64,000 nt of DNA, taken from the NCBI RefSeq assembly GCF_041956535.1, contig NW_027192195.1:412150-476149 (forward strand). The letters run 5' to 3'. A model generated the notes under the pieces. It was not told the origin of the DNA and did no database searches. It worked only from the letters and a program-made list of their open reading frames with translations. The stretch comes from Calcarisporiella thermophila CBS 279.70 (taxonomy: Eukaryota; Fungi; Calcarisporiellomycota). A program made the translations under genes and the position numbers. Shown here piece by piece: positions 28,405 through 40,617 of this stretch; positions within the stretch are counted from its first letter, which is position 1, and the number at the start of each line of letters is the position of its first letter.

Positions 28405-28636
28405 GCCTCAGCGAAGTATATTAGGTTAAAGTATGTATTTTTTTTCGAATGTAAAATTCAGCTGGATACTTCTTCCCGAATCCCGAAGCCGACGACGAGG
28501 TTTTAGAGAAAGGGTCTTTGTGAATTGACCCTATTGTTAGAGAAGTTTGTGTGGCGCAATCCTGCTCGCCTGAAAATTCATTTTGGGGAATTTTTTTCAT
28601 GCTTTCGCGTTCCGCTCTTCATCAACTTGACATTAC

Positions 28637-30837
28637 ATGCCTCCCAAAGCTGACATGGAACCCGATTCGGACTATTATCTGCAGCCGGACTTTGATCCTA
28701 CAAGTCTGCGCATGGCAGAGCTGCGCGGGATCCTTTTGAAGCATGGGGTCGAGACAAAGGCCTCTGCCAAGAAAGGAGATCTCGTCGATCTATTTCGAGA
28801 GCATATTGGGCAAAAGGCACCATCCATCCTCAAAGAGCGACGAAAAGTGCGCCCCAGTGGTGCAGGCATAGTAAATATGCCTGGAAGCTCCCTGGAGGAA
28901 GCGCATGAAAAGCATGATTCGGCAGTAAGTGTCAAAATTACTCACTCTCACCTCAATGTCGAAGCTGTGATTCTTTTTGGAAAACTTCTTTGTGTTGAAA
29001 ACTTTGTACCATGTTAGATGTTTCAAGATTTTTCCCTTTGTTTTGTGTTGTTTCTTTTCGCGTTCGACTGGATTAAATTTAAAAGTCATACTAATTTACT
29101 GTTGCTGTCATAGGATGATTTTATTGCGCCTGCTCCGCCCCAAGCAACTCCAAGACAACGCGGTCGTCCTGCTAAAAAGAAGGTAACTATTCCAATGATC
29201 TTGTCCCTGTTGCAATATGATGGGGATGCTGACGGTATATGTACGCTTTTGCTTAATTATAGAGTCTCGTACCCGATGGTTCAGAATCAGAGACGAACGC
29301 GCATCCCAAGACTACTCCTGCACGACGGGGTAGGAAGAGCGAAATCCTGCAAACTCCGGTCGCTTCTGAGAGAGAAAGCAATGGAAAACATGCGTCGGAC
29401 CGTAGCCCATTTACCTTTGATAACCCGTTCCAGAGCGGCGGCGAATCCTCTCCCGATAAGACTAGGCGCCGCCGTACCATCGGCGATGCCAGGAGCCGCA
29501 GCCGAAGTAGAACGGGGCGGTCCTCTTCTGTTTCGCGTAAATATCGCGCCTCGATGCCCGGGGATCCCGATGGGTTGGCTCAACCCGCATCGCCTAAATT
29601 CACCCTATCACCCACAGCAGCGGGTTCGGATGGTGAGCACCCGATCAGACAGCGTCTAAGGGCCTCTTCGAGGGCGACCGATACTGGGCCCCTCCGCCGT
29701 CGCCGGAGTTCGCCGCTGGTAATCGAAAAGGAAGAGTACTCGCTCAGCTCTATCTGGTTGGTGGTGCTCTTCATCCTGCTAGCCTACGGCCTCTACTACC
29801 GCAATGCGCGCTTTGCAGCGGGCTACTGTGATAGTGACGTCGCCGGATCCACACCTCTGCAGGACCCCGTGAAAAACGATACGCTCCTGCACTCTATCTC
29901 GGCCCACCTCCGCCCGTCGTGTATACCCTGCCCAGAACATGCCACTTGCAGAGACGGCCATTTTGCTTGCGACGAGAATTTCGTAGAGAAGTCGCACCCC
30001 TTCTCTTTCGGGAAGCTGCTTCCACTTGCGCCGACTTGCGTGCCCGACATTACCAAGCAAATGTATGTCCAGTACATCGTGGATGTGGTGCGCGGAGAAC
30101 TAGCGAAGCACGCAGGGCAAGTGAAATGTGGGTACGTTCGACCCCCGAAGGAGGCCATCGACGCTGCAGAAGATATAGAGCAGAACTATGTATTACAGTA
30201 TGGAATTCCGGCTGAGACACTCCGAAAGACCATGCATGAGGTATTCAGCACCATGACTCCGGCTTTGAGCGAATTCGAGTTTGACAAATACTGGCGTCTG
30301 GCGATGCTGGATCTCTCCCAGCGACGCGATAAGGTGTCGGTGGGCTTGTTTGATGGCGAGAGATGGCTGGCAAGCCTCGAGCCGTCCCTTCCCTTCGCGT
30401 GCCGCGTGAAGTACGCATTTATCAATGCTCTGTTGGCGCACACCAATGCATTGCTCGGCACGTTGGGTGCCGTGATGGGGGTATTGATCCTACGGAAGGA
30501 GCTTGCAAGGCGGAGTCGAGACGCCCTGATCGTGAGAGGACTGGTTGAGAGCGCTTTCCGCCGGCTGGAGGAGCAGGAGCGCCTCCACTATGTGGACCCC
30601 GTACAGTATTCTCAGTCGGGACTTGCTGTGGCGCACCTGAGAGATGCCCTGCTTGCGGACGAGCACGATCCGAAGCGGCGCAACGCCCTCTGGACTCGGG
30701 TTCAGCGTATCGTGGAAGGCAACAGCAACGTTCGAGCCATCACCTCCGAGGTGCGAGGCGAGCAGCATCGAGTGTGGATGTGGGTGGGAGCCTTCCACGA
30801 CAAGATGGAACAGCCCATCTATCCCTCGTCACACTAG
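28637..30837 (+). CDS. SRC1: Inner nuclear membrane LEM/HeH protein Src1/Heh1 (Man1 family)
   Basis: HeH domain YYLQPDFDPTSLRMAELRGIL; FDNPFQSG; transmembrane helix followed by GYCD, CIPCPEHATC and PTCVPD; second TM; C-terminal winged helix LWTRVQRIVEGNSNVR...VRGEQHRVWMW. Confidence 0.93.
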
Positions 30838-31182
30838 ATAGATTTCTTGCACGATATTTGCCATGGTTTACCTTTTTCTTTTGCAATAGTTTCTAGTTTC
30901 TTTTCATCTTCATTTCATGACTGTTTAATTTAGCTTTTTTTTTGTGCGATATTACTTACATATTCTTGTTAATTATCTCCCTTCCCTTAATTCCCCCCTC
31001 CCATATTGCTCTTTCTTTTTAGTGCTATGTCTAGCCTTTAGTATTTATATATATATATATTTTTTTTTTCATTCTCCAACTCTTTTATTTTTTTTCTCTC
31101 TTTTTTCTCGTTTTTTCATATTCTCCAATAAAGTCAAACCTCATATAAATTAAATGAACGGTATCTTGCGCTTATCTACATG

Positions 31183-32271
31183 CTATCGACGTCGAGTCCC
31201 ACCATACCCGGTGGCCCTTCTAGTCGGGGTAGAGGAAAATGAGGACGAGCTCGTGCCTAGATCCTCGTGCATCCCCCCATACTGCCTCAGAAATTCTCTC
31301 TCTCTTCTCTCCTGCTGGTTGCGATGCCTACTCCCGAGGGCGTACCCAGCCATCCCGCCCAACCCTGCACCGGTCCAGAATCCGCTTCCGCTACCCATGC
31401 TTGGGCCATAGCTTGGTGGGGCACAGTAGTCAGAGGAGGGGTAGTATCCGCCGCCGCCGCCTCCTCCTCCCGGCCACCAGCCACCGCCGCCCCCACCGCC
31501 GCCTGGCCACCAGCCGCCCCAGAAGGAGGAGAAGCCCGGCGGCCTGGCCGGCTCAGGCATACGAGGACGCCGTAAACAGGAACTGAGTATGCTAAAGATG
31601 GTGATGCCAAAAATGCCAAACCATAGCCCATAGAACGCGTATTTCGCAGCCAGCGAAAGCAGGAAAGAGATCAAGCGGAATGAATTATTGCGGTACCGCC
31701 AAAAGCCGTGTCTTATGCCACCCAATCCATCAAAGGCATCCTTCCACCCCTGGGCTCCCCCCCTCAAGTTTTGCCAAGAGGAGTCGGAGCCCCACCCGCC
31801 ACCACTGTTATAGGAGGTATACTTTAGCTCGTACTCCAACCCACACGATCCCACAAGGATGTAGTCGTCATCGCTATAACTGTAGCCCTCACAACTCACA
31901 CTCAGCTCCCCAAATTTCACGTTGGTGGGGAGATCGGCTTCGCACTTCCACTGCACATCTTGCCCATCCCAACCCATATTTTTGCACTGAATCACGTCCG
32001 GGCTATACTGTCGGCATGCGGAGCCAATGCATGAGAGCTGGGGTATGGGGGTTGAGCGGCGCGCAGTGGTATATTCGCCCTACGCCCAACCGATAGGTAA
32101 AATTTAGCAGATCATTAGGACGATTGGGGGGTTGGCAAAACGTACCTTGCGAAGAGTAATGCTTTGTACATCGCGTAAGAGGACCTTTTTGTATTTGGAA
32201 TTACTGTACCAATCTGCTTTGGCAAGGCTTAGAAAAGAGAGGCCCAACAGTGAAGGCACCAGCAATTTCAT
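31183..32271 (-). CDS. SARAF: SARAF/TMEM66-family protein
   Basis: Signal peptide; KVLLRDVQSITL, TTARRSTPIPQLSC, DVIQCKNMGWDGQDVQWKCEADL, VSCEGYSYSDDDYILVGSCGLEY; TM; GFWTGAGLGG; C-terminal TGYGGTRRR. Confidence 0.92.
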
Positions 32272-32890
32272 AATTAGTATGAGCTCAACACGAGCCGTTT
32301 AGAGCTTTTGAATAAATATCCATTGATCCGCATATCCGCCAAGAATTTAAACTTGTCGAGCCACGATTTGCTCTCTGTGACTTGTGTACAAGCCACCCTC
32401 CAATTTGCCAGTCGTCCTCACCTTTATACCACGGGTTTGACCAAAATCGCGGCAGACTGAAAAATCCCTGGGCCCTGGGCTCGACTGTATGTTGCTCTAC
32501 TCAAGTTAAGCAATGCCATGTATGAACCCTCCTATAGGAGCCCATCATGCAATAGGTTTAATGATTGTGTGAGATGTTACGTCGTGTTGCAGCAGACATT
32601 CCGCTCCAGGGTTGTGTGCCGATTGCCCACCCTCGTGCCCATCATGCGAGTCCCTGCGGAATTATCTCAATGACTCTCCGGTAGGACGCATACTGCTTGA
32701 AGCCTGCTTGCTCACAGCCGCATAGCAGAATCAGAGCTGGATACTTTTCCCAGGGATGAATTATCCCAGACGGATATTCTCCACCACATTAGTCATCCTT
32801 CCATTTCGCACACCTTGCATGTTATCTTAAATAAGGGGCTGGTTTTCAAAATTTCCGGTCTCCGCCTCACATTTCCCCTCACAAACGGTG

Positions 32891-33951
32891 ATGATTGTTT
32901 TCGTTCTCGGTGCCACCGGCTTCGTCGGCGCATTTGTCGCCAAAAAATTTCGCCAACATGGCCACACGGTGTACGGTCTTTGTCGAAGCGAGAAGAATGC
33001 GGCCAGTCTGTCGCGCGATGAGGTGAGCATGCGAATTTCTCATTCTCTCCATGGCTTCTAATTGGCTTCATCTCGATGGTGGCTCCTTCTCCAGATTATC
33101 CCCATCGTCGGCTCAGCTGAGACCCCAGAGACCTGGAGATCGATCGCGAGCATAGCCCACGTGATTGTTGATGCCTCTGCGAACTGGGATGATCCCGTTC
33201 AACACTGCAGGGCTGTGCTCCGCGAGATTGAAGAGATTGGCAAGCAGCGCCCAGCTGGCTTAGTGTATATTTTCACGAGCGGTGTCTGGATATACGGACA
33301 TCGCCCCGGCGAGACTATTGATGAATGGAGCGCGCCAAAGCCCCCGAGACATGTGGCGTGGCGCGAAGAGGTGGAGAAGGAGGTGCTACGGAGCACGTCC
33401 ATCCACCCGATTGTTATCCGGCCCTCAATGGTGAGTTGGAAGCGAGAGCCAGCCTCTCGTAACATCCCATAGCTTGGGATGCTAAGCGACAATCCCCGTT
33501 GGAATTCATCCGCACCTCTCTTCTATGTTAGATTTACGGCGGCAGCGGCTCATGCTTTGCCTCGTTTTTCGAGGACGCGTCGAAAGGACGCCCGATCACG
33601 GTGTTTGGCGATGAAACCACGCGGTGGTCCACCATTCATGGCGACGACATGGCGGAGGCCTATGTCCTGGTGGCCGAGCAAGCCGCCCTCTTGAGCCGCC
33701 AGATTTTCGTCCTCGGAACCTGTGGCGAGAATGTGGCGGATATGGCGAGGGCCGCCGGGCGTGCGGCGGGCCGCGACAACGCCGAGATAAAATTCACCAA
33801 GCCCACCACGTCTTACGACGAGTGCCTTGCGCTGACGTGCCCCACCTCATCGCGCAAGGCGGAGCGAGTTCTGGGGTGGCGGCCGAAGCATGTGGGATTC
33901 GTGGAGGAGGTCGACTCCTTGTACGCCTCTTGGAAAGGTTTCCACCTCTGA
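32891..33951 (+). CDS. NAD(P)-binding Rossmann protein (NAD-dependent epimerase/dehydratase-like, atypical SDR)
   Basis: MIVFVLGATGFVG, YIFTSGVWIYG, IVIRPSM|IYG, WSTIHGDDMAEAY and KAERVLGWRPKH; two introns. Confidence 0.85.
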
Positions 33952-34276
33952 CTACGCATTTCGTAGGTTTTGTGACTGATCACGTGAGGGAGCGGCGACT
34001 CAAATTATCTCTAGCGGGATCGCTTATCTTAATACTGATCTCTGTTTGCTTTTTAATTTTAGTATTTTTAAAAAACGGTGGGAAGTTTCCATAGGGGTGC
34101 GTTCTTCTTCCTTAACCTTTTCTTACTTGGCTCTTTTCTTTTTTCTAATTCCATTAATTAGTTTTCTTGTTCCCTGCCCTTTTTCCACTCTCTCCCACCC
34201 TCTTCCATCCCTCTCCCTTGTATTCTCCTCTTTTCTACAGTAAAACCCCATATATAAAGAAGCACACATTGTAATT

Positions 34277-36040
34277 ATGACGACCTTTGACATTTCAGAG
34301 CAGCGTGAGGAGTGCTTCCAGCATTCCGCCTCCGGCTCTGACGAGCATCCCGCTGTCAAGCGCTTTAGAGAGTATCTTCGCATCCGCACCGATCATCCCT
34401 CGCCCGACTATGCCGCCTGCACCTGCTTCCTCAAGCAGTGGGCCGCGGACCTCGGGCTCCAGGCGCGTAGCTTTGAGCTTGCCGCCGGCAAGCCCATCGT
34501 GCTCCTGACATGGGAGGGCACTGATCCGTCGCTGAAATCCCTCCTGCTGAACTCCCACACCGATGTGGTACCGGTTTTTCCTGTGAGTATTTTTAGTCTC
34601 ATTTTAGTTATTTAGAGTTGAGTGGTGCTGGAGTTTAACCTTACATAACGAACTGTTCTCCGAATGTAGGAACATTGGTCCTGCCCTCCCTTTGAGGCCC
34701 ATAAGTTCCGTAATGGCGACATTGTTGCCCGAGGCTCTCAAGGTAATTATACTGCATTGGATGGGGAGGGTGGGGCGTTGGGAGAATTCGGCTTGGCTTC
34801 ATCCCATTCCCACCCACATGCCCTCCCTCCCCCCATTCATCCCCATGGAACAATCCCCTCTCAATGATGTTTTCTAATCTCTCTTGTTGATCTCTAACCT
34901 CTACGCATTCCGATGTCTTTTTTGTAGATATGAAATGCGTGGGAGCGTGGTAAGTTTGTCTAGCATCCTCCCCCCACCTTGGATATCTTTCTCTCTTCTA
35001 TCTTGGCTAACTAAAGAGATCTTGTCGATTACCCTTGTCTTGCAGGTATATGGAGGCCATTGCTAACATGAAGGCCCAGGGAAAACAGCCGCTGCGCACC
35101 ATCCACATCCTGTTCGTTCCAGGTATTTCTTATATCCTTTCTCAGGCGACTGCTTTTGAATGGGGTTCTCACCGTGTGTATGTTAGACGAGGAGATCGGC
35201 GGAGTGGACGGGATGAAAGCTTTCACGACCCGCTTTTTAGACCAATTCCGGGAGCTGAACGTTGGATTCGCTCTCGATGAGGGTATCGCCAACCCTGAGG
35301 ATGCCCTCAAGGTGTTCTACGGCGAGCGCCTAACCTGGTGGGTGCGTGTCACGGCAAACGGTACTACGGGCCACGGCTCACAGTTTATTCCAGGGACGGC
35401 GACACGTAAATTGGTACGACCCTGCTTGGCTAAAAGCTTAGCCTTGGTTTGAAGCAGTGGCGCTAACCTCCCCCTTCTTTGCGTTTAGACCAACGTCCTG
35501 CAGAAGTTCTTCAAGTTCCGCGACGAGCAGGAAAAACTGCTCCACTCCAGCGGCGCCAAGCTGGGGGACGTGACCACGGTCAACCTCACCATGTTGAACG
35601 GGGGCGTGCAGCCCAATGTGGTGCCGCAGGACGCCTCCGCTGTGTTTGATATTCGGGTGACGCCTCGCACGAATTTGAACGAGTTCCGCAAGATGATCCA
35701 CGACTTCTGCAGCAGCGAGGAGGGCGTCTCCTACGAGTTCCTGCAGTATTCGGGGAACAACCAGATTACGCAGCTGGACGGCAACCCGTGGTGGGCCGCC
35801 TTCCAGGAGGTGTGCCGCGATCTGGGCGTGAAGACCAGCCCCGAGATCTTCCCCGCCGCGACGGACTCGCGCTACATTCGTGCGCTTGGGATTCCTGCGC
35901 TGGGCGTGTCGTACCTGAAGAACATGCCGGTGCTGCTCCATTGCCACAACGAGTACCTCAACGAGCACGACTACCTGGAGGGCGTCGAGTTCTACACGTG
36001 CCTGGTCGACAAACTGGCCGGCGTGAGGGAGGAGTTTTAG
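34277..36040 (+). CDS. ACY1: Aminoacylase-1 (peptidase M20A)
   Basis: FREYLRIRT, LLNSHTDVVP, ARGSQ|DMKCVGAW (22-nt microexon 34928-34949), PDEEIGG, FALDEG, GHGS, TTVNLT, FPAATDSRY and LLHCHNEYL. Confidence 0.95.
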
Positions 36041-37624
36041 GGGGGGGGGGGGAGCGCAGCACGAGGAAAATGGGGCGGGGTGGGCGATGGTGGGTGGCGG
36101 CGAGCGCGCGTATGTGAGGTCTTATATTATTTATCTGACATCACCATAAACTTGCATTTTATTATAATTGGGTGAATTAGTTTGTGCTCTGGCTTTCTCA
36201 TTTGTTTTTTTTTCCTCCTTCTTCCTTCTCTCTGTCTTTGTACACGATCTCCTTTGGTCACCATTGTTTTTTTATGATTGTTACTCCTTTCCCTTTTGTA
36301 CTTTCGTGTACATTTGCTAGACCGTTTGGTTTGACCCGTGGTTGTCCCGGGGAGTGAGGTGAAAGTGCTATTAATACCAGTTGTTTTTGTGTGTGGTAAC
36401 CTGTGTACAGTAGCGGTAGAGCGGCCGGCCTCCCCCTTAGCTAGAGGTGATCCTCCGAAAGGAATTCGGACCTCACCTGCTCGTTCATAGCGAGGGTGGA
36501 GTTTTGCACGCTGGCCAACGTCAAAGGTTGATCTTCCCATCCTTTTAGTGCCGTAGCTCAGCTTCTTTTTCTCTTGTAACTATTCTATTCTCAGAAAACT
36601 ATTCTCAGAAAAATGGAATTTCTTTCTCCCCTCTCCCTCCTCTTACTTCACTCTTGAGACAAGACTCTCTCCACATATCGCCGTGCGAGGGCTCTATTCT
36701 GCAAAAAGGTTGACACGGTCCAGGTCGAAAGGGGGGTTGGATAATTCTTAGACGAGCCGCCCCAGAGCGTGCACAGATGGCTTAGAAGCCTTGATTGGGT
36801 TGTGAACCTGAACACGAGAGGAAAATGCTCGGGGTTGCAGAGAATGCTTTCGTTCATCGTGGTGGGGACCTCGGCTGGGATTATCACCCAACCTCCTGAA
36901 TCTGTGTGAAACCTCGCCGTCCGGCTACAGTGGCCTTGAGTGCATCATACCATGTTCATTCTAGTGGCTGGTTGGTTTCTTCATAGGCCATTTAAACTTT
37001 TTTTCCATTTCTATACCAAATTGAGATGAGGCACAGCATTTGAGTCGGGGGGGGTGGCCATTTTTGAGGCTCACCTGCATAGCAAGGTTTCCTAGCATGG
37101 TCTCCTCTGCGCATGCTTCCTGAACAAAAGACAGAAAACAAAACAAAACAAAATCGCAGCTGTCCGTGGCCGCTGGTATTCAATAAGGCGATCTCAGCCA
37201 AGCACTTTAATTTCTTTTAGCCCTAATTCGGTAGGGGGTACAGCTGAGGAAGAAGTCACGCACACCTTGTTTGAATGTGAGTGGGAGGAGTGCAGAAGTG
37301 GCCAAGCAAGCAAGTGTCAATTGGGGAGGTTGGTAAAATCACACTGGAGAGAGGCCCTCTTTAGACCATTCCTCCTCCCGACAAGCCCCCTCCCGATTTG
37401 AGGAGCGACTTCGTTTGTCGTCCATGCCATAATCTTTATCATGTGCGACCCTACACGGCTTAAAGTTACCGAATGCGATAATACATGCACTGTTGTCACA
37501 ATCCTACGCGCCTTCTTTTAATTTTTTTTTTCTATCTCCTCTTCTCTCTCCACTCTCCCTCCCCCCCTCCACCATAGAAGCTTTTCTATAGAGAATCAAG
37601 TTATCTGTCAGTTATACACTTACA

Positions 37625-39116
37625 ATGCGACTTCCCGTGGTTGTTCTGGTTGGGTTCTCCCTCGTTGCTGGCACCCCCCTTTGCCTCGACGACCCCTTTC
37701 CCCTCCATCCCGAGCGCCGCGTCATTGTACCTTGCCCCCTATCCCAGAATCCCCCCATTCGGAGACAACAGTTCAACACGTCCCAGGCGTTCATCTTTGA
37801 TTTCCAATGCAAGGTGGAGCCCACCCTCTGTGACAAGGCCCGCGAGGGTCTCCGGAAGAGCGGCGAGATCCTGTCGAGCTACCTTGAGTTTAGCGAGCCG
37901 GTGCGAGTGAACGCCACCTTTCACCGCTTCTGTCAGGACGGCGAGACTCAGCTGATGGACCCCGGCTGCGAAAAGAGGGGCTACTCCATTGTGGTTGGTG
38001 AGTGGTTCAGTGGCGATCTAGCATCGCCTCTTGTGTGTGCATACCAATATGAAATGACCCCCCATGGGGATGAATATCCAGGATTGGCCAGGCCCACGCG
38101 GCTGATGTTGCTGGAAGACGACGACCAAATCGTGCGATTCTACCCCCAGCCACTGGTCAAGCAGCTCACCTTCTCACCGCGCCCCGCCTACGCCACATAC
38201 GACATCACGGCCGAATTCAATGCTGAGCATGACTGGCATTTCTGGGTAAGCTAACTCTTACTGGGAGAGAGGGGCACTTGGCATGGATGAACCCCTCTCC
38301 TTGCGTTCGGAGCCGCCCCCACTCCTCACTTTCCCACTCCTAACCACGAGAGCATACTAACTGGATTCCACTTTTTCGGGTTGCCCATTGGGGGGGGGAC
38401 CCTTCAAGGCTGACGGCCCTGACTTGGGGGCTGCGAATCGGACGGACTTTGAGGAAACGGTCATTCACGAGCTAATCCACGGCCTGGGCTTTTTGTCGAT
38501 GTGGGTGGAGCTGCCGGGGGCGCCCTCGGCCCTCGTTCCTCCGGGATTTTTGCTGAACGCGGAGGACGAAAGGATTGCCACCGTCACAACCGATTATTTC
38601 ATCGAGACGGCCCTAGACCGCTATCTGGTGAGCGTGGAGCCGCCGAATACGATCCGCGCCAGCGAGTACGCGAAGCAGCTCAACCAGGCCGCGAGGGCGG
38701 CGTTTAAACAGCCGCCCACTCTGGAGGAGCTGACCTTGGCGCTGGAGACCAGCCCGGAGTTTGCGCCCGCGCGAGCCATGATGCGCCAGGCCACCGCCAA
38801 CAACACCCTGGCCCTGCTGCCGCTGGGGGCCCAGCCCGATGACTTCACCTGGCTTGAAACCGGGCTGAATCCCTTCCGCTCTGGCTCCTCCGTCTCGCAT
38901 GTCTCGCTCAAGGACTATCGGGACACCAGCGAGCGCCTCATGACGTACAAGTCCGACCGGCCCTTGTCCCTCTACCAGTCCATCCAGCAGTACGGAGGGC
39001 CCATTGGGCCTCGCCTGCAGCGCTGCATGGCCAGCATCGGCTACAAGACGAGGCCCAGTCTCCCTGCTCCAAACCCCCCGCGAGTGCCCGCTTCTCTGCC
39101 CCCCTCCAAACCATAG
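37625..39116 (+). CDS. Secreted zincin-like metalloprotease (HExxH), uncharacterised family
   Basis: Signal peptide MRLPVVVLVGFSLVAG; FYPQPLVKQL, YDITAEFN, DFEETVIHELIHGLGF, ETGLNPFRSGSSVSHV and LMTY; introns 37998-38081 and about 38246-38408. Confidence 0.75.
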
Positions 39117-40340
39117 ACGTATACCCAACCAGGGCCGTGTTTTCTTTGTCCTCTATAGTATTTAACCAAATGGGCAACTGCTCCCTCTCCCTTGTATGTA
39201 TTGCTATTGCTATTTCCGCCTCTGTTCTGTATATCGTCCCATGCCCTTGTTTGTACTACGCGTCTCCTCTTTCCCTTTCTCCTTGTCTTTGCACGCAGGA
39301 ATGATATGACATTTAGACTACAAGCTCTTATTAGGACTAGAGAAAGAGATTGGAGAGGGCCTTCTAGGTCAAGGGACAACCGCGACAAAACCAGGAAATT
39401 TCGGGGGGAGGGGGGGGTAGGCGAGCCTCCAATCCTCCCCGCTTCCCCACCTTCGTCCTTGCAACAAAGTTAATTAGTCAGGGCGGACCAAATTACCCAC
39501 GAAGAAACTCAATTTGTATTCCGGCAAAAAAGAAGAAGCAAGAAGAACGTTCATGAAACGGAGCGCCCTTCCTGAAGTAGAAATACAGCGCACCAAAAAC
39601 GGCCGGCATGGAAAGGTTAAGCTTCACAAGTCTAAAAGCCATGTGCCGTCGCCCGGTGTCCCACATGCCAGACCAGCGGTGCGGGAGCCAAATGGGTGTG
39701 TGCTCCGGCAAGGAGGCGAGTAGCATTGAGGAAAATCTGTGTACACGGATAAATAAAAGAGCCTCTCCCGGGTTACACACCGCCACCAACGTAAAGTTCA
39801 AGATGGAGATGGGAGGCGAGAGGCGGCAAGGAGGAGGCAAGTAGAAGGGGGAGGGCCGTCTTGTGTGTGCACCCGCGGTGTAGTTCCGAGGGATTTGCGC
39901 GGCGGGATAGACACGGTTTGAGAGTAACACATGGCACCCTATGTGCACCGAAGACAGTCCGAGGGATTTTCCAGCTCGGTGACTCAGCCCCCGCGTGAAG
40001 CGGGGCCTGTGGAGGCGGACGGAAGGAGCAAGGGGAGTGGAGAGGAGGGGAGAGAGTGGCTTTCCTCCCGCAAGATTGGATCACCGATGGGTCCCCTCGC
40101 GGGCGGGCGAGGCAGGAATACCGTGGCTAGCCTCCCGCCGTCAAAAGGGTGGGAAAAAATCTTGTTTCCACCTATATCCCTCTATATGGGAGAATGAGCG
40201 GAGGAGGGGAGGGGGAGGGGGAAGCGTTTGAATCTATGTATCTATTACTGAAACGAAGTTATACAACACTCTTATTTCATGTCGCCTTCTGTATCCTCTA
40301 AGAAAGATGGAGCAAGAAATGTAAAAAGAAAAAAGGTGAA

Positions 40341-40363
40341 AGAGAGAGAGAGAGAGAGAGAGA
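40341..40363. repeat. (AG)n microsatellite
   Basis: About 11 AG units downstream of the homeobox gene. Confidence 0.9.
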
Positions 40364-40617
40364 AGAAAGTGGAAACCAAAACAAAAAAGAGGTGTGGGTA
40401 TGATACAGAAGGAGTAGAAAGAGAGAGAAAAAAAGAGAAGAAATAGAAAATAAAAAATAAAGAAATAGGGGAAATAGGTCCCTAGGGGGGGGGGGGGAGG
40501 GGAAATCAGAAAAAGCTACAATATAAAAAAGGGGCCTGTTTTTTACAACAAAATAAATATCTCTTTCATAAAGTCAAAGTCAAATAAATATCCAAAAATA
40601 TATATAATCCAACTATT

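Noticed and set aside
32464-32756. 9-bp inverted repeat ATCCCTGGG...CCCAGGGAT, a possible MITE
   Set aside because: Too short, no target-site duplication evident, and no second copy in the window.
36537-36546. CCATCCTTTT resembling the U4atac 5' end
   Set aside because: Downstream U4atac stems and the Sm site are missing, and no U12-type donor was seen at the exon boundaries I traced.
36586-36613. Direct repeat TATTCTCAGAAAA x2; also (AGACACA)x3 at about 15248
   Set aside because: Simple local duplications; not CRISPR-like, and the spacing does not fit a heat-shock element.
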